This document shows, piece by piece, positions 1 to 10,311 of a stretch of DNA of 64,000 nucleotides. A model generated the notes under the pieces. The model saw nothing but the letters and a program-made list of their open reading frames with translations. It searched no databases and was not told the origin of the DNA. Every line of letters begins with the position of its first letter. Within the stretch, counting starts at the first letter, position 1. The stretch spans positions 26,896 to 90,895 of the forward strand of contig CAZYCL010000007.1 of NCBI GenBank assembly GCA_964645795.1, read 5' to 3'. This DNA comes from an uncultured Planctomycetales bacterium. Lineage in GTDB: Bacteria > Omnitrophota > Gorgyraeia > Gygaellales > Profunditerraquicolaceae. The position numbers and the translations under genes were made by a program.

Positions 1-341
1 CTGAACATCCAGGATAAAAACATTACCGGCAGGGAGTCAATGCTGCCGAATCCCACCGCCACGCAAGGCCTGAATTTAAGCACCAACATCAGGCTCTCAA
101 ACGCGCCTTTGATCAGATTATACAACGAACTGACCCCTTTGGCGTCAAAGGAAAAAGAAATATTGCCCGCGGATATCCGTTTTAGAGGATAACCGCTTGC
201 CTGGACGGGGCTTTTTTTCGGCACTACCAAAAGAAGCTCGGGGGCAGAACCGCTTTTCTTTAGCTGCTCCAGGAGACTTAAAGCCGGATAAATATGCCCG
301 CCGCTGGGCCCTGTAACGACCAGGATTCTTGCTGCCGCCTT
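1..341 (-). CDS. murG: UDP-N-acetylglucosamine--N-acetylmuramyl-(pentapeptide) pyrophosphoryl-undecaprenol N-acetylglucosamine transferase MurG, N-terminal part (gene runs off window start)
   Basis: Hand-translating the reverse complement from the ATG at 341 gives MRKAAARILVVTGPSGGHIYPALSLLEQLKK..., with the G-rich GGxGGH loop typical of the MurG N-terminus. It sits directly downstream of ftsW, as in dcw clusters. Confidence 0.8.
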
Positions 342-343
342 TC

Positions 344-1438
344 TCATGGATACTCCCCTGTCCGGGCGATATTCATCAATAATCCCACGCTTATCATGTC
401 GAATATAAGGGATGAGCCGCCATAGCTAATGAAGGGCAGCGGCAGGCCTTTCGTAGGAAGCAGGCCGCAGGAGACGCCGATATTGATTATCGCGCGTAGC
501 GATATCATCAACACCAGCCCCAGCGCCAGGAAGTAACCGAACTTATCGTTGGCATTCTTAACGATCTTCAGGCCCTGCACGATAAAAAACATGAACAGTA
601 TGATTATGGCCATCGTCCCCAGCAGGCCGAGCTCTTCGCCGATGATGGAAAAGATAAAGTCGGTGTGCGCCGCGGGCAGATAGAACAGCTTTTGCCTGGA
701 ATGACCCAGCCCTATCCCGAATAGCCCTCCGGAACCCAGGGCAACCTGGGACTGGATTATCTGGAAACCGCTGCCCTTTGCATCCAGCCAGGGGTTTAGA
801 AATGCCAGGATCCTCGCCCGCCGATAGGGGACCCTGAAGATCAAAAGATAGAGCGCCGGCAGGCTTATCAGAAACATGCTTACCAGATAGGTAACCCTGG
901 TGCCGGCTACAAAGAGCATGATGAATACCACCGCGGAGACCGCAATGGTGCTGCCCAAGTCAGGCTGCAGCAGATATAACAGAGAGATCCCTGCCAACAC
1001 CAGCACAGGCGGCAGGAACCCCTTGGTGAAGCTACGCATAAGCTTTTCTTTGCGGCATATGAAATCCGAAAGATATATTATCACCGCCATGTTAGCCAGC
1101 TCTGAGGGCTGAAAGCTCAGGAATTTAAAACGGAACCAGCGCTTGGCGCCTGCAACCTCCCGCCCAATTCCCGGGACCAGAACCAGAACCAAAAGGATAA
1201 ATGATACAATAAGCAAAGGCTTTGCATATGTTCTTAACCTCCTGTAATCATACATCATCGCCAGGGCCGCGCAGAGGGCCCCGATCAAAGCGAATACCGC
1301 CTGCCTCTTCAAGAAAAATGCGCTGTCCTTATACTTTTCCCAGGCGTATATGCTGGAAGAGCTGTAGATCATTACCAGCCCCACGCATAGAAGCGCTACT
1401 GCCGTAAAAAAAAGGTTGACCCTTACATTGCGGACCAC
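344..1438 (-). CDS. ftsW: SEDS-family peptidoglycan glycosyltransferase FtsW
   Basis: 364 aa polytopic membrane protein with SEDS motifs (GSGFQIIQSQVALGSGGLFGIGLG, PAAHTDFIFS). It lies between murD and murG. Confidence 0.9.
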   Translation of the reverse strand: MVRNVRVNLFFTAVALLCVGLVMIYSSSSIYAWEKYKDSAFFLKRQAVFALIGALCAALAMMYDYRRLRTYAKPLLIVSFILLVLVLVPGIGREVAGAKRWFRFKFLSFQPSELANMAVIIYLSDFICRKEKLMRSFTKGFLPPVLVLAGISLLYLLQPDLGSTIAVSAVVFIMLFVAGTRVTYLVSMFLISLPALYLLIFRVPYRRARILAFLNPWLDAKGSGFQIIQSQVALGSGGLFGIGLGHSRQKLFYLPAAHTDFIFSIIGEELGLLGTMAIIILFMFFIVQGLKIVKNANDKFGYFLALGLVLMISLRAIINIGVSCGLLPTKGLPLPFISYGGSSLIFDMISVGLLMNIARTGEYP

Positions 1439-2706
1439 TATCTACTCTCTCCCCCGATCTGCTCCACTATCTTTTTAAAAACCCTTCCCCTCTCTTCGTA
1501 ATCGCAGAACATGTCGTAGCTCGAACACATAGGAGATAAAAGCACGGTGTCGCCGGGACAGGCCGCTGCGAATGCCTTGCGCACCGCATCCTCAAGACTG
1601 CTTGCCTCATCAATCGGCAGGCCGCCTGCCAAGGCCTCCTTGATGATCGAGGCGGCCTCTCCAATGAGAATAGCGCGTTTAACTTTGTCTGAGCAAGCTG
1701 ACAGCAGCTTCCTGTAATCTATGCCCTTGTGCCTGCCTCCCGCGATCAGGAGCACAGGCCCGCGGATATTAGCCAACGCCCAGATCGTGCTTTCGACTGT
1801 CGTGGCTTTCGAATCATTGATGAACTTAATGCCTTTTATCTGGCCGACATGCTCCATGCGGTGCTCTATGCCATTGAAATCTTCCAGCACCCGCAACATG
1901 CCTTCATTCTTCAAGCCAAATACCGAACCCACCGCCAGGACCGCTGCGTAATTAGGGTTGATATCGCTGGACCCGGCGAAGTAAGCGACCCTGGCCTTAG
2001 TCTGGGAGACAAAACCCCTGACTACCTCGTCCTGCGCGTTAAGCACTGTATAATCGTCACCCTTTTGGTTGGCGAAGATCCTCTTTTTTGCCTCCAGGTA
2101 CTCCTGCATATCTTTATGTCTATCCAGGTGGTTAGGGCTGAAGTTAAGGATAACCGCTACCTTCGGCCGGAAGCTCTCGGTTCGTTCAAGCTGGAAAGAG
2201 CTGACCTCCAGGACCGCGTAATCACCCTCGCCCATCTGTTCTACCGCCGCCGAAAAAGGATTGCCGATGTTGCCGCACACAAAGACCTTCTTGCCCGCCG
2301 CCTCCAGGACCCTGCCTATCAGGGTCGTGGTAGTGGTCTTGCCGTTCGAGCCGGTCACGGCTATGACCGTGGCCGGGCAAAGCGACCAGGCAAATTCTAT
2401 CTCGCTGATAAGGCGTATCTTGGCTTCCAGCGCCCATTTGACCGGCAGGGCGTCATTCGGCACCCCGGGCGAGACGATCACCAGGTCGCTGCCCAAGACA
2501 AACTCCCGGCTGTGACTGCCCAACTCAAGGCGTATATTTTTAGAAGATAACTGACGGGCCTGATCGCGCATGCCCTTATCGTCTTTCTTGTCGCTAACCC
2601 GCACATCCGCTCCCAGCTTATAGAGAAGGTTAGCGCTTGCCAGCCCCGAACGGGCCAAGCCTATAATCGTCACCTTCTTGCCTTTGTACAGATGAATATT
2701 GCGCAT
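1438..2706 (-). CDS. murD: UDP-N-acetylmuramoylalanine--D-glutamate ligase MurD
   Basis: 422 aa with the Mur ligase P-loop GSNGKTTTTTLIG. Its dcw position is between mraY and ftsW. Confidence 0.95.
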   Translation of the reverse strand: MRNIHLYKGKKVTIIGLARSGLASANLLYKLGADVRVSDKKDDKGMRDQARQLSSKNIRLELGSHSREFVLGSDLVIVSPGVPNDALPVKWALEAKIRLISEIEFAWSLCPATVIAVTGSNGKTTTTTLIGRVLEAAGKKVFVCGNIGNPFSAAVEQMGEGDYAVLEVSSFQLERTESFRPKVAVILNFSPNHLDRHKDMQEYLEAKKRIFANQKGDDYTVLNAQDEVVRGFVSQTKARVAYFAGSSDINPNYAAVLAVGSVFGLKNEGMLRVLEDFNGIEHRMEHVGQIKGIKFINDSKATTVESTIWALANIRGPVLLIAGGRHKGIDYRKLLSACSDKVKRAILIGEAASIIKEALAGGLPIDEASSLEDAVRKAFAAACPGDTVLLSPMCSSYDMFCDYEERGRVFKKIVEQIGGESR

Positions 2707-2729
2707 ATACGGGAAAGCCGACTGAATAA

Positions 2730-3818
2730 TTAGCGGATCTTCAAGGTTGCTATCGTAAATAACGCCAGCAGGCTCGCTATGATCCAGAACCTGACGATCA
2801 CCTTGTTCTCGGGCCAGTTCATGAACTGAAAATGGTGGTGAAGGGGCGCTATCTTGAATATTCTCTTCTTGGTAAGCTTAAAGCTGGCTACCTGCAATAT
2901 TACGGACAAGGCCTCGGCCACAAAGATGCCCCCCACGATCACCAGCAGCATCTCCTTGCGGATAAGCAGCGCTACCGTGCCGAGTGCGCCGCCAAGGGCA
3001 AGGCTTCCGACGTCCCCCATGAAGATCGAGGCGGGATAACAGTTAAACCACAAGAAACCAAGCCCTGCGCCTATGATGCTGGAGCAAAAAATCGTCAACT
3101 CCGCACTCCCCTTTACGAAAGGGACAAGCAGATAGCCGCTGAACTTGATGTTACCGGTGATATAACAGAGTACCGCGAAGGCCAAAGCGACCATCACCAC
3201 TATCCCTATAGCCAGGCCGTCAAGCCCATCGGTGAGGTTTACGGCGTTAGAGGAACCGGCGATGACCAGGATCACAAATAGGATGTAAAGACCATCCAGG
3301 TCTATGCTTAAATTCTTAAAGAACGGAATATCTATGCGCGGCGAATTATTGAAATGCATGATGATAATCAGCCCCAGGACCGTGCCAAGCAGTATCTGAC
3401 TTGCCAGTTTTGCCAGGGGAGCCAGCCCCTTCGATCTCTTCTTAACCTGCTTGAGATAGTCGTCCGCAAATCCGGTTATGCCCAGCCAAAGCGTGCTGAA
3501 GATCACCGTCCATATGAACTTGCTGGTGAGGTCGGCCCACAGCAGCGTAGAGGCTACCACGCACACCAGGATCAGTATCCCCCCCATTGTCGGCGTGTCC
3601 TTTTTGTGCGAATGCAGCTCGTGGAGCCGCTGGCTGTCTTCAATCCGTATATTTTCCCCGATCTTCCATTCTTTGAGCTTCCTGATCATCAGCGGCCCGA
3701 TAATAAGGCTTATGAAGAACGCGGTGAGCGCTGCCATTGCGGACCTGAAGGTTATGTAGCGGAAAATATTGAGTGCCGATATGGCATCACTTAAAGGATA
3801 TAACAGGTTAAATAACAT
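2730..3818 (-). CDS. mraY: phospho-N-acetylmuramoyl-pentapeptide transferase MraY
   Basis: 362 aa integral membrane protein with MraY signature segments (NAVNLTDGLDGLA, HHHFQ). Synteny places it as murF-mraY-murD. Confidence 0.95.
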   Translation of the reverse strand: MLFNLLYPLSDAISALNIFRYITFRSAMAALTAFFISLIIGPLMIRKLKEWKIGENIRIEDSQRLHELHSHKKDTPTMGGILILVCVVASTLLWADLTSKFIWTVIFSTLWLGITGFADDYLKQVKKRSKGLAPLAKLASQILLGTVLGLIIIMHFNNSPRIDIPFFKNLSIDLDGLYILFVILVIAGSSNAVNLTDGLDGLAIGIVVMVALAFAVLCYITGNIKFSGYLLVPFVKGSAELTIFCSSIIGAGLGFLWFNCYPASIFMGDVGSLALGGALGTVALLIRKEMLLVIVGGIFVAEALSVILQVASFKLTKKRIFKIAPLHHHFQFMNWPENKVIVRFWIIASLLALFTIATLKIR

Positions 3819-5178
3819 TTGTCCTTAACACCTCCTCCATCTTCATGGAACGCGAGCCTTTTATTAATATTATATCATCGGGACCCGCAGCTAACTTCTT
3901 AAAAAGCACTGACGCGGCCTCTGCGCTTGAATCGCAAACGAACAGGTTCTTGCCGGAAAGGCCGCCTGCCCTTGCCGCGTCGGCCGCAATGACGGAAAGC
4001 CTGCCGACCGCAATCATTGCATCGCAGACCTTGGCCGCGCCTTGCCCGGCTTTCTTGTGGAGCAAGGCGGCATCCTTACCCAGTTCCAGCATATCACCCA
4101 TAACCAGGATCTTTCTCCCTTTTGCCTTGAAATCCGCCAAGGTCTTCAGTGCTTGAGCCATAGAGAAAGGATTGGAGTTATAGGTATCGTCGATGAACCT
4201 TGTATCCCTGAATTTAACAAGATTGAGCCTGCCCTTGGGAAATCTGAAATCGCTTAGCCTCGCGCTTATTTCTGAATGGCTCATTGCGAACATTCTGCCA
4301 AACGCGATCGCCATCAGGGCATTGTAAACATTGCAGGCCCCGGGAGTATTCAGGCTATAGCGGTGACGACGGCAGCTGAATCCTACCTTTGCCCCTTTGA
4401 CATTTACGCCATCGGCGCAAAAATCAGTCCTGCCTTTGACGCCGAAGCCGAGCACGAACTGGCCGCCGCGACGTAGCCGCTTTTCTCGGATGTCTTTTCG
4501 CAAAAAGCGGTCATCGTTATTAAGGAGCACGATCCCCACCGGCGACCTCCGGTATAGGCTGGATTTTTCTTTGTATACGCCGGCGAGGTCCCTAAAATAT
4601 TCGAGATGCGATTCTCCGATATTGGTGATTGCCGCCGCATCAGGCATAACCATATCCGCCAAATACCTTATCTCCCCAAAATGGTTTGTGCCCAACTCAA
4701 GGACCGCTATCTGATGGCTCTCATCCAGGCGTAACAGGGTAGCAGGCACCCCGATATGGTTATTTTTGGTCCCTTCGTTGCTCAGGACCCTGAATTTGGC
4801 AGACAACACCCAGGCGATCATCTCCTTGGCGGTAGTCTTGCCGTTGGAGCCGGTAACGGCGATAACCGGAATATCAAACTTCTTCCTGTGTGAGCTGGCG
4901 ATGGCAGCGAAGGCCTTGACGGTATTTGCAACCTTTATGCCGGCTGCCCCTTTTAAAACCGGGGGATCGAAATCTTCGGCGATAATGCAGCGGGCGCCTT
5001 TATTAACAGCTTCGGGGATGAAGTCATGGCCATCGAAGTTTTCTCCCCGGATAGCCAGAAAAATCTCGCCTTCCCTGATACTGCGGGTATCCGTGGACAA
5101 TCCGCGAAATCCTTCAGCGCCAGCCGCATTAAAAGGCTTACCACCGGTAACTTTTATTATCTGGTTTATATCAAGCAT
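3808..5178 (-). CDS. murF: UDP-N-acetylmuramoyl-tripeptide--D-alanyl-D-alanine ligase MurF
   Basis: 456 aa with the Mur ligase P-loop VTGSNGKTT and a murE-murF-mraY order. Confidence 0.9.
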   Translation of the reverse strand: MLDINQIIKVTGGKPFNAAGAEGFRGLSTDTRSIREGEIFLAIRGENFDGHDFIPEAVNKGARCIIAEDFDPPVLKGAAGIKVANTVKAFAAIASSHRKKFDIPVIAVTGSNGKTTAKEMIAWVLSAKFRVLSNEGTKNNHIGVPATLLRLDESHQIAVLELGTNHFGEIRYLADMVMPDAAAITNIGESHLEYFRDLAGVYKEKSSLYRRSPVGIVLLNNDDRFLRKDIREKRLRRGGQFVLGFGVKGRTDFCADGVNVKGAKVGFSCRRHRYSLNTPGACNVYNALMAIAFGRMFAMSHSEISARLSDFRFPKGRLNLVKFRDTRFIDDTYNSNPFSMAQALKTLADFKAKGRKILVMGDMLELGKDAALLHKKAGQGAAKVCDAMIAVGRLSVIAADAARAGGLSGKNLFVCDSSAEAASVLFKKLAAGPDDIILIKGSRSMKMEEVLRTNVI

Positions 5179-6614
5179 CTTCTGGCGACCTCTCGGTCAT
5201 CAAACGGTATCTTGGCGTCCTTTAATACCTGATAATCTTCATGGCCTTTGCCGGCCAAAAGCACTATATCGCCGCTGCCGGCAATGCCGAGCGCCTCTTT
5301 AATCGCCTCAGCCCTGTCCAGGATCAGGCGATAGTTATCTTTTAAGATCCCCTGCCTTATTTCTTGCGCGATAAAATCCGGGTCTTCAGAGCGGGGGTTA
5401 TCGCTGGTAATGATAACCAGGTCCGCCATTTCGCTGGCTACCCGGCCCATTTTCGCACGCTTTGACCTATCGCGCTCTCCTCCGCATCCAAAAACCACAA
5501 TAATCCTTTTCCTGGGCAGCTGCTGCAGGGTCTTCAGGACATTTCGCAGGGCATCTTCTGTGTGCGCATAATCCACAAAGACCGCATAACCCCTGTTGCT
5601 GGCGATTTTTTCCAACCTCCCCGGGACGACCCCGAACTCCTCGATAGCCGCCTTTACGGTCTCCAGGCTGAACCCCGATGTCAAGGCCCACGCAGCAGCT
5701 GCCAGAACGTTATACACATTATATTCGCCTATCAAGCACGTTCTGATCCTCTCTTGTTTCTTGCCGTAACTCAATGTAAACTCCGTATGCGTCAGGTCAA
5801 AGCTTATATCCTTTGCGCAATAGTCGGCTTTTTTGCGCATGCCATAAGTCTTAATCCTGGCTTTGGTCAGCCTCTTCAGGGCGGCTGCGCGGCCGTCATC
5901 GGCGTTGATTATCGCCAGGGACCCATTGGCCAGGCTTCTAAAGAGCATGGATTTGGCAGTAAAGTATCGGGCGGCCGTCTTATGATAATCCAAATGGTCC
6001 TGGGTAATATTGGTAAATATCGCCGAGCTAAAATCTATGCCCGCGGTCCTCTGCTGGTGGAGCGCATGCGAAGAAACCTCCATCGCCACATAGCTGACCC
6101 CGCAGCTTCTCATCTCTTCCAGCATCGCCTGAAGCTCGACAGGCCCCGGAGTCGTATTGGAAGCCGCAACGACCCTGTCCTTATAGCGGTAATTTATCGT
6201 CCCGATCACTCCCGGGACATGCCCCGCCTTCCTGACGATCGCCTCTATCAGATAGGTTACCGTAGTCTTGCCGTTTGTACCGGTAATACCCACCATATGC
6301 ATCCGACGCGAAGGATGCCCGTAGAATGCCGATGAGAGCAGGGCCGCGGCCTTCCTGGCATCTTTTACCTCCAATACGGCTACCCCTCTATATCCGCTCC
6401 GGATGCCCGAGCCCGTATCCCTCACTATCAGCCTGGCTCCGTTATTGATCGCCTCCTCTATATACATGTTACCGTCACCCCGGCAGCCCTTGATCGCGAT
6501 AAAGACAAAACCCTCCCCGACTTGCTTTGAGTTGGCAGCAACGCCCCTGACCACGAACTCATCCCCACTGCGCTGCTTAATGCCTGCCGAATGCAAAAGC
6601 TCTTTAATAGTCAT
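5166..6614 (-). CDS. murE: UDP-N-acetylmuramoyl-L-alanyl-D-glutamate--2,6-diaminopimelate ligase MurE
   Basis: 482 aa with P-loop GITGTNGKTT and a DNPR motif near the C-terminus. It lies between ftsI and murF. Confidence 0.9.
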   Translation of the reverse strand: MTIKELLHSAGIKQRSGDEFVVRGVAANSKQVGEGFVFIAIKGCRGDGNMYIEEAINNGARLIVRDTGSGIRSGYRGVAVLEVKDARKAAALLSSAFYGHPSRRMHMVGITGTNGKTTVTYLIEAIVRKAGHVPGVIGTINYRYKDRVVAASNTTPGPVELQAMLEEMRSCGVSYVAMEVSSHALHQQRTAGIDFSSAIFTNITQDHLDYHKTAARYFTAKSMLFRSLANGSLAIINADDGRAAALKRLTKARIKTYGMRKKADYCAKDISFDLTHTEFTLSYGKKQERIRTCLIGEYNVYNVLAAAAWALTSGFSLETVKAAIEEFGVVPGRLEKIASNRGYAVFVDYAHTEDALRNVLKTLQQLPRKRIIVVFGCGGERDRSKRAKMGRVASEMADLVIITSDNPRSEDPDFIAQEIRQGILKDNYRLILDRAEAIKEALGIAGSGDIVLLAGKGHEDYQVLKDAKIPFDDREVARRCLI

Positions 6615-8316
6615 TTAACGCCACCGACGCATGCGTTGGGTTTTTGGCCACCAGATACTTTATGGAATCTTTGGCTATGTTCTTGAACACGGGCGCGGCC
6701 ACTACTCCTCCGAAGTAATATGGCCTGGGCTCATCAATACAAACGACGATCGTTACCAAAGGGTCTTGCGCAGGCGCAAAACCTATGAATGAAGCGATGT
6801 ATTTGTCGTGAGAGTAGGCGCCGGAAGGTTCCAATTTTTGGGCGGTACCGGTCTTGCCGGCAGCGCTGAAACCCTCTATCCTGGCAAGCTTGCCGGTGCC
6901 CTCCTCGACTACGCCGGTAAGCATCTTGCGGACCCTGGAGGCAGTATCGATAGAGAGCACCTTGCGCACGAGAGCGGGGCCGTATTGCCGGATAGCCTGG
7001 CCGTTCTTGTCGCGGACCTCCTGAATAATATAAGGCTTCATCAGTTGACCGCCGTTGGCGATAACCGATAAAGCAGAAGCCAGCTGTATGGCCGTAACCC
7101 CGACCTCCTGCCCTATGGGTATGGAAGCCACGGATATCTTGGACCACTGACCCGGGTCCTTTACCATCCCGCTTATCTCTCCCGGCAACTCTATGCCGCT
7201 CTTTGCCCCGAAACCGAAGCGTCTTATGTAGTGGGTTATGAGGTCAGCGCCTAACAGCTGCGCCACCTTCGTTGTCCCTATATTGCTTGATTGCTCGATA
7301 ACCTCGCGGAAGCTCATCCAGCCGTGGGGCCGGTGATCGTGCAGGATATGGGTGGCCACGCGGTAAGAACCGTTCTCGCAGAAAAACCTGTCATTCTCTT
7401 TGACCTTGCCTTCCTCAAGGGCGGCAGAGGCGGTGACTATCTTGAACACTGAACCGGGCTCGAAAAGATCGCATATCGCGCGGTTGCGTATCTGGTCTTT
7501 GTTTGCCCGGCCGAATTCATTAAGGTCGTAATTGGGGCGGTTGGCTATGGCCAGGATCGCTCCCGTATGGGGGTCCATGACCACTACGCTTGCGGCCTTG
7601 GCATGAAAAGCCAGCATCGCCTTATCCAGCTCTCTTTCGGCTATATATTGGATGACCTCATCGATAGTAAGCACCACGTCAAAGCCGTCCTTGGGCAAGA
7701 CCATCCTCTCCCAGAGATCCAGCCTCTTCTGTCTGGCGTCCCTTAAAAATACCGCCCAGCCTGATTCGCCTCTTAAGTATTGGTCAAAAGCTGATTCCAG
7801 GCCTTCCAGGCCCCGGTTGTCCAGGCCGGCGAAACCTATAATATGGCTTGCCAGGTAGCTGTTAGGATAGCTGCGTTTGGTCTCCTTCAAAAAACCCAGC
7901 CCCTTGATGTTTAATTTTCTGACGGCTTCTGCCTGGTCCAGGCGCAATTTACGGGCAAGCCAGACAAATGATTTCTTGCGCCCAAGACGGTTACGCAGGA
8001 AGGACTGATCCAGCCCCAGCATCGCAGACAGCTTCTTTACGGCAAGCTCCTTATCCTTCGGCTTCATTTCGTTCGGCGCCGCATAAAGCGACTCCACAGG
8101 CAGGTTGATCGCAAGGGGCTTAAGGTTGGAATCGAATATCGTGCCCCTGACCGGCTCAAGCTCTACGAAGAGGTTGTGCTGTTTCCTGGCGATCTCGGCT
8201 AGATATGATGACCTGAAGAATTGGATGAAGAAAAGGCGGGAGATACAAATAACAAGAAAGAATAGAAATAATAAAAATACCGCCTCGCTGCGACGGCGAT
8301 AGTTGCTGATATACAC
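6604..8316 (-). CDS. ftsI: penicillin-binding protein (peptidoglycan D,D-transpeptidase) FtsI/PBP3-like
   Basis: 570 aa with an N-terminal TM anchor and a transpeptidase domain carrying SxxK (STIK-like), SxN and KTG(T) motifs (AAGKTGTAQK). It sits between ftsL and murE. Confidence 0.9.
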   Translation of the reverse strand: MYISNYRRRSEAVFLLFLFFLVICISRLFFIQFFRSSYLAEIARKQHNLFVELEPVRGTIFDSNLKPLAINLPVESLYAAPNEMKPKDKELAVKKLSAMLGLDQSFLRNRLGRKKSFVWLARKLRLDQAEAVRKLNIKGLGFLKETKRSYPNSYLASHIIGFAGLDNRGLEGLESAFDQYLRGESGWAVFLRDARQKRLDLWERMVLPKDGFDVVLTIDEVIQYIAERELDKAMLAFHAKAASVVVMDPHTGAILAIANRPNYDLNEFGRANKDQIRNRAICDLFEPGSVFKIVTASAALEEGKVKENDRFFCENGSYRVATHILHDHRPHGWMSFREVIEQSSNIGTTKVAQLLGADLITHYIRRFGFGAKSGIELPGEISGMVKDPGQWSKISVASIPIGQEVGVTAIQLASALSVIANGGQLMKPYIIQEVRDKNGQAIRQYGPALVRKVLSIDTASRVRKMLTGVVEEGTGKLARIEGFSAAGKTGTAQKLEPSGAYSHDKYIASFIGFAPAQDPLVTIVVCIDEPRPYYFGGVVAAPVFKNIAKDSIKYLVAKNPTHASVALNDY

Positions 8317-8365
8317 TCTATTTATCCGGGGTTAATGTAACCTGCCACTAGAGCAGGTTGAGTTA

Positions 8366-8740
8366 TCAAGGATTGAGGGTCCTGGCTTCGGCCTCTCTGC
8401 GAATATCAAACAGCCTGCCGAATACCGACTCCCTGATAAAGGCCTGGGGCTGCGAAACCTGCCTTTCTCTGGGCGCGGGGATCCGAACATACCTGCAGGT
8501 ATCCGGCATCTGAAACTCGCTGGACTCCGAGATCTTATTGCCCAAATGCACCAAAGAAGTCTTTTTCTCTATATTATATTTAAGCAGGCTGTTTTTGTTT
8601 GCGACGTTCTGGCAGGCCGTCTGCTTCTTCTGGCCGGTATAAGCCAGCCGGAAAACCTCGGTCTGCTGATAAACGTATAAGAGCGAGAACAAGGTGAGGA
8701 TGCAAGCTAGCGAAAGGAATTTGTTGACCGTATTTTTCAT
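8366..8740 (-). CDS. FtsL-like small bitopic cell-division protein
   Basis: 124 aa with a single N-terminal TM helix. It occupies the ftsL slot between rsmH (4-nt overlap) and ftsI. The call rests on position and topology only. Confidence 0.45.
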   Translation of the reverse strand: MKNTVNKFLSLACILTLFSLLYVYQQTEVFRLAYTGQKKQTACQNVANKNSLLKYNIEKKTSLVHLGNKISESSEFQMPDTCRYVRIPAPRERQVSQPQAFIRESVFGRLFDIRREAEARTLNP

Positions 8741-9645
8741 ATCTTCCTGGCTGCCCTGAGTTTGGCGCTCCTGCTGGCGCTGTTAACCGAGACTTCGTCC
8801 TGCGAAGGCGTCAAGGGTTTGCGGGTTACCACTTTAACGGCTCCTGCCTCGGCTGCCGAACGCAAAGTAAGCTTGACTATCCTGTCTTCCAGAGAGTGGA
8901 ACGATATTACGCATATCGCCCCGTCCGGGGACAAGAACTGCAAGGCATCCTGCAGGGCCCTCTCCAAATTCTCAAGTTCGCGGTTTACGGCGATACGTAC
9001 TGCCTGGAAGGTGCGGGTAGCCGGATGGATGCGCTGCTCTTTGTACCTGAATTTATGCGGTATCGCCCGCACGACTATATTAGCCAGCTGCTGGGTGGTA
9101 GCTATCGGCTGTCTCTGGCGTTCCTCTACCAACAGATGCGCAATCCGGTTGTGCCAGCGTTCCTGGCCGAAATTCTTTAATAGGGCGGAGATCTCTTCTC
9201 TGTTAAGGTTGTTTACCAGCTCATAGGCTGAAATATAGCTGGACCTGTCCATGCGCATGTCCAGAGGGCCTTCGTGCAGGAAACTAAAACCGCGGTGCGG
9301 ATCTTCAAGCTGATAGGAGGATATCCCCAAATCAAAAAGGATGCCGTCGACCTTATCGATACCCAGCCCCTTGAGGATCCCGGCGATCTCAATGAAATTC
9401 CCGTGCACGAATTTGCAGGAATCCGCGAATTCACGCAGCCTCACCCTCGCAACGGCAAGCGACTCCTCGTCACGGTCGATGCCTATCAGCAAACCTGCGG
9501 GAAGAATCCTTTCAAGGATCCCCCGGGAATGACCCCCGGTGCCCATCGTAGCATCGACAATGATTTTGCCCGGACCAAGATTCAGGTAACTCAGAGCTTC
9601 ACTGTACATAACCGGTATATGGTATTTGACCTTTTTTTCTTCCAC
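8737..9645 (-). CDS. rsmH: 16S rRNA (cytosine1402-N4)-methyltransferase RsmH (MraW)
   Basis: 302 aa with SAM-binding motifs (DATMGTGGHS, FDLGISSYQLE). It lies downstream of mraZ. Confidence 0.95.
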   Translation of the reverse strand: MEEKKVKYHIPVMYSEALSYLNLGPGKIIVDATMGTGGHSRGILERILPAGLLIGIDRDEESLAVARVRLREFADSCKFVHGNFIEIAGILKGLGIDKVDGILFDLGISSYQLEDPHRGFSFLHEGPLDMRMDRSSYISAYELVNNLNREEISALLKNFGQERWHNRIAHLLVEERQRQPIATTQQLANIVVRAIPHKFRYKEQRIHPATRTFQAVRIAVNRELENLERALQDALQFLSPDGAICVISFHSLEDRIVKLTLRSAAEAGAVKVVTRKPLTPSQDEVSVNSASRSAKLRAARKI

Positions 9646-9672
9646 GAGAGATTCTGTATTTTCATCAAGATA

Positions 9673-10110
9673 CTATACGTCCATTAGTTTCTCGGCGATC
9701 TCCTCGAAGGACTGCTGGGAGCTGCCGTAATACTCCTGCCAACAGTCCTTGGCCCAGATCTCGATACGGTTGGAGACCCCGACAATAATAACGTCTTTCT
9801 TGATGCCGGCGTAATCTTTAAGATACTGCGGAAGGAGTATCCTGCCCTGGCTGTCGAAGGTTATCTCGACGGCCCCAGAAAAGTAGAGTCGGTTGAAGGT
9901 CCGCGCCTGCTGCTTGGTAAAAGTTATGGATTTGAATTTATTTTCCTGGGTCCTCCACTCCTCTTCCGAAAACATAAACAGGCATTTGTCCAGGCCGCGG
10001 GTGGCGAAAAACTTTTCGAAGAAATGCGCCTTGGCTACTTCGCGGAATTTAGCAGGGAGGATAATGCGACCCTTGCGGTCTATCGTATGAAGGTATTCGC
10101 CGTAAAACAT
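9673..10110 (-). CDS. mraZ: transcriptional regulator MraZ
   Basis: 145 aa with duplicated MraZ/SpoVT-AbrB-like halves (DRKGRIILPAKFRE ... DSQGRILLPQYLKD). It is the first gene of the dcw cluster. Confidence 0.9.
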   Translation of the reverse strand: MFYGEYLHTIDRKGRIILPAKFREVAKAHFFEKFFATRGLDKCLFMFSEEEWRTQENKFKSITFTKQQARTFNRLYFSGAVEITFDSQGRILLPQYLKDYAGIKKDVIIVGVSNRIEIWAKDCWQEYYGSSQQSFEEIAEKLMDV

Positions 10111-10168
10111 TTCATAAGCCTTTGTTTAAGTATTAACGTGCGCCTTCCTCGGCGCGGCATGGCCTAAA

Positions 10169-10232
10169 CCACTTCCCTCCACTTTAATCCACCATGTATC
10201 ATAAATATATATAAAATAGGCATACTTGTCAA
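10169..10232 (-). promoter_or_regulatory. mraZ promoter and putative MraZ operator
   Basis: On the minus strand a TTGACA (plus 10227-10232) is followed by a TATATA-like -10 element. Downstream are three GTGG direct repeats at exact 10-bp spacing (plus-strand CCAC at 10169, 10179 and 10189), an arrangement like known MraZ operators. Confidence 0.5.
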
Positions 10233-10311
10233 TAAAAATATTCTTATAAGTTGATAAAACACAACGGTTAGTGGTAAAGTGGGGGCTAAACCGGCATATA
10301 TTGTGGTATGA

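Noticed and set aside
1729-2550. 273-aa plus-strand ORF antisense to murD. Similar long antisense ORFs occur at 5562-6335 opposite murE, 30169-30765 opposite ftsK, 46245-47144 opposite the MCP, and 32783-33361 opposite pnp.
   Set aside because: Each lies wholly inside a well-supported minus-strand gene. They are Arg/Pro/Gly-rich low-complexity translations typical of the reverse frame of GC-rich coding DNA, with no RBS or motifs.
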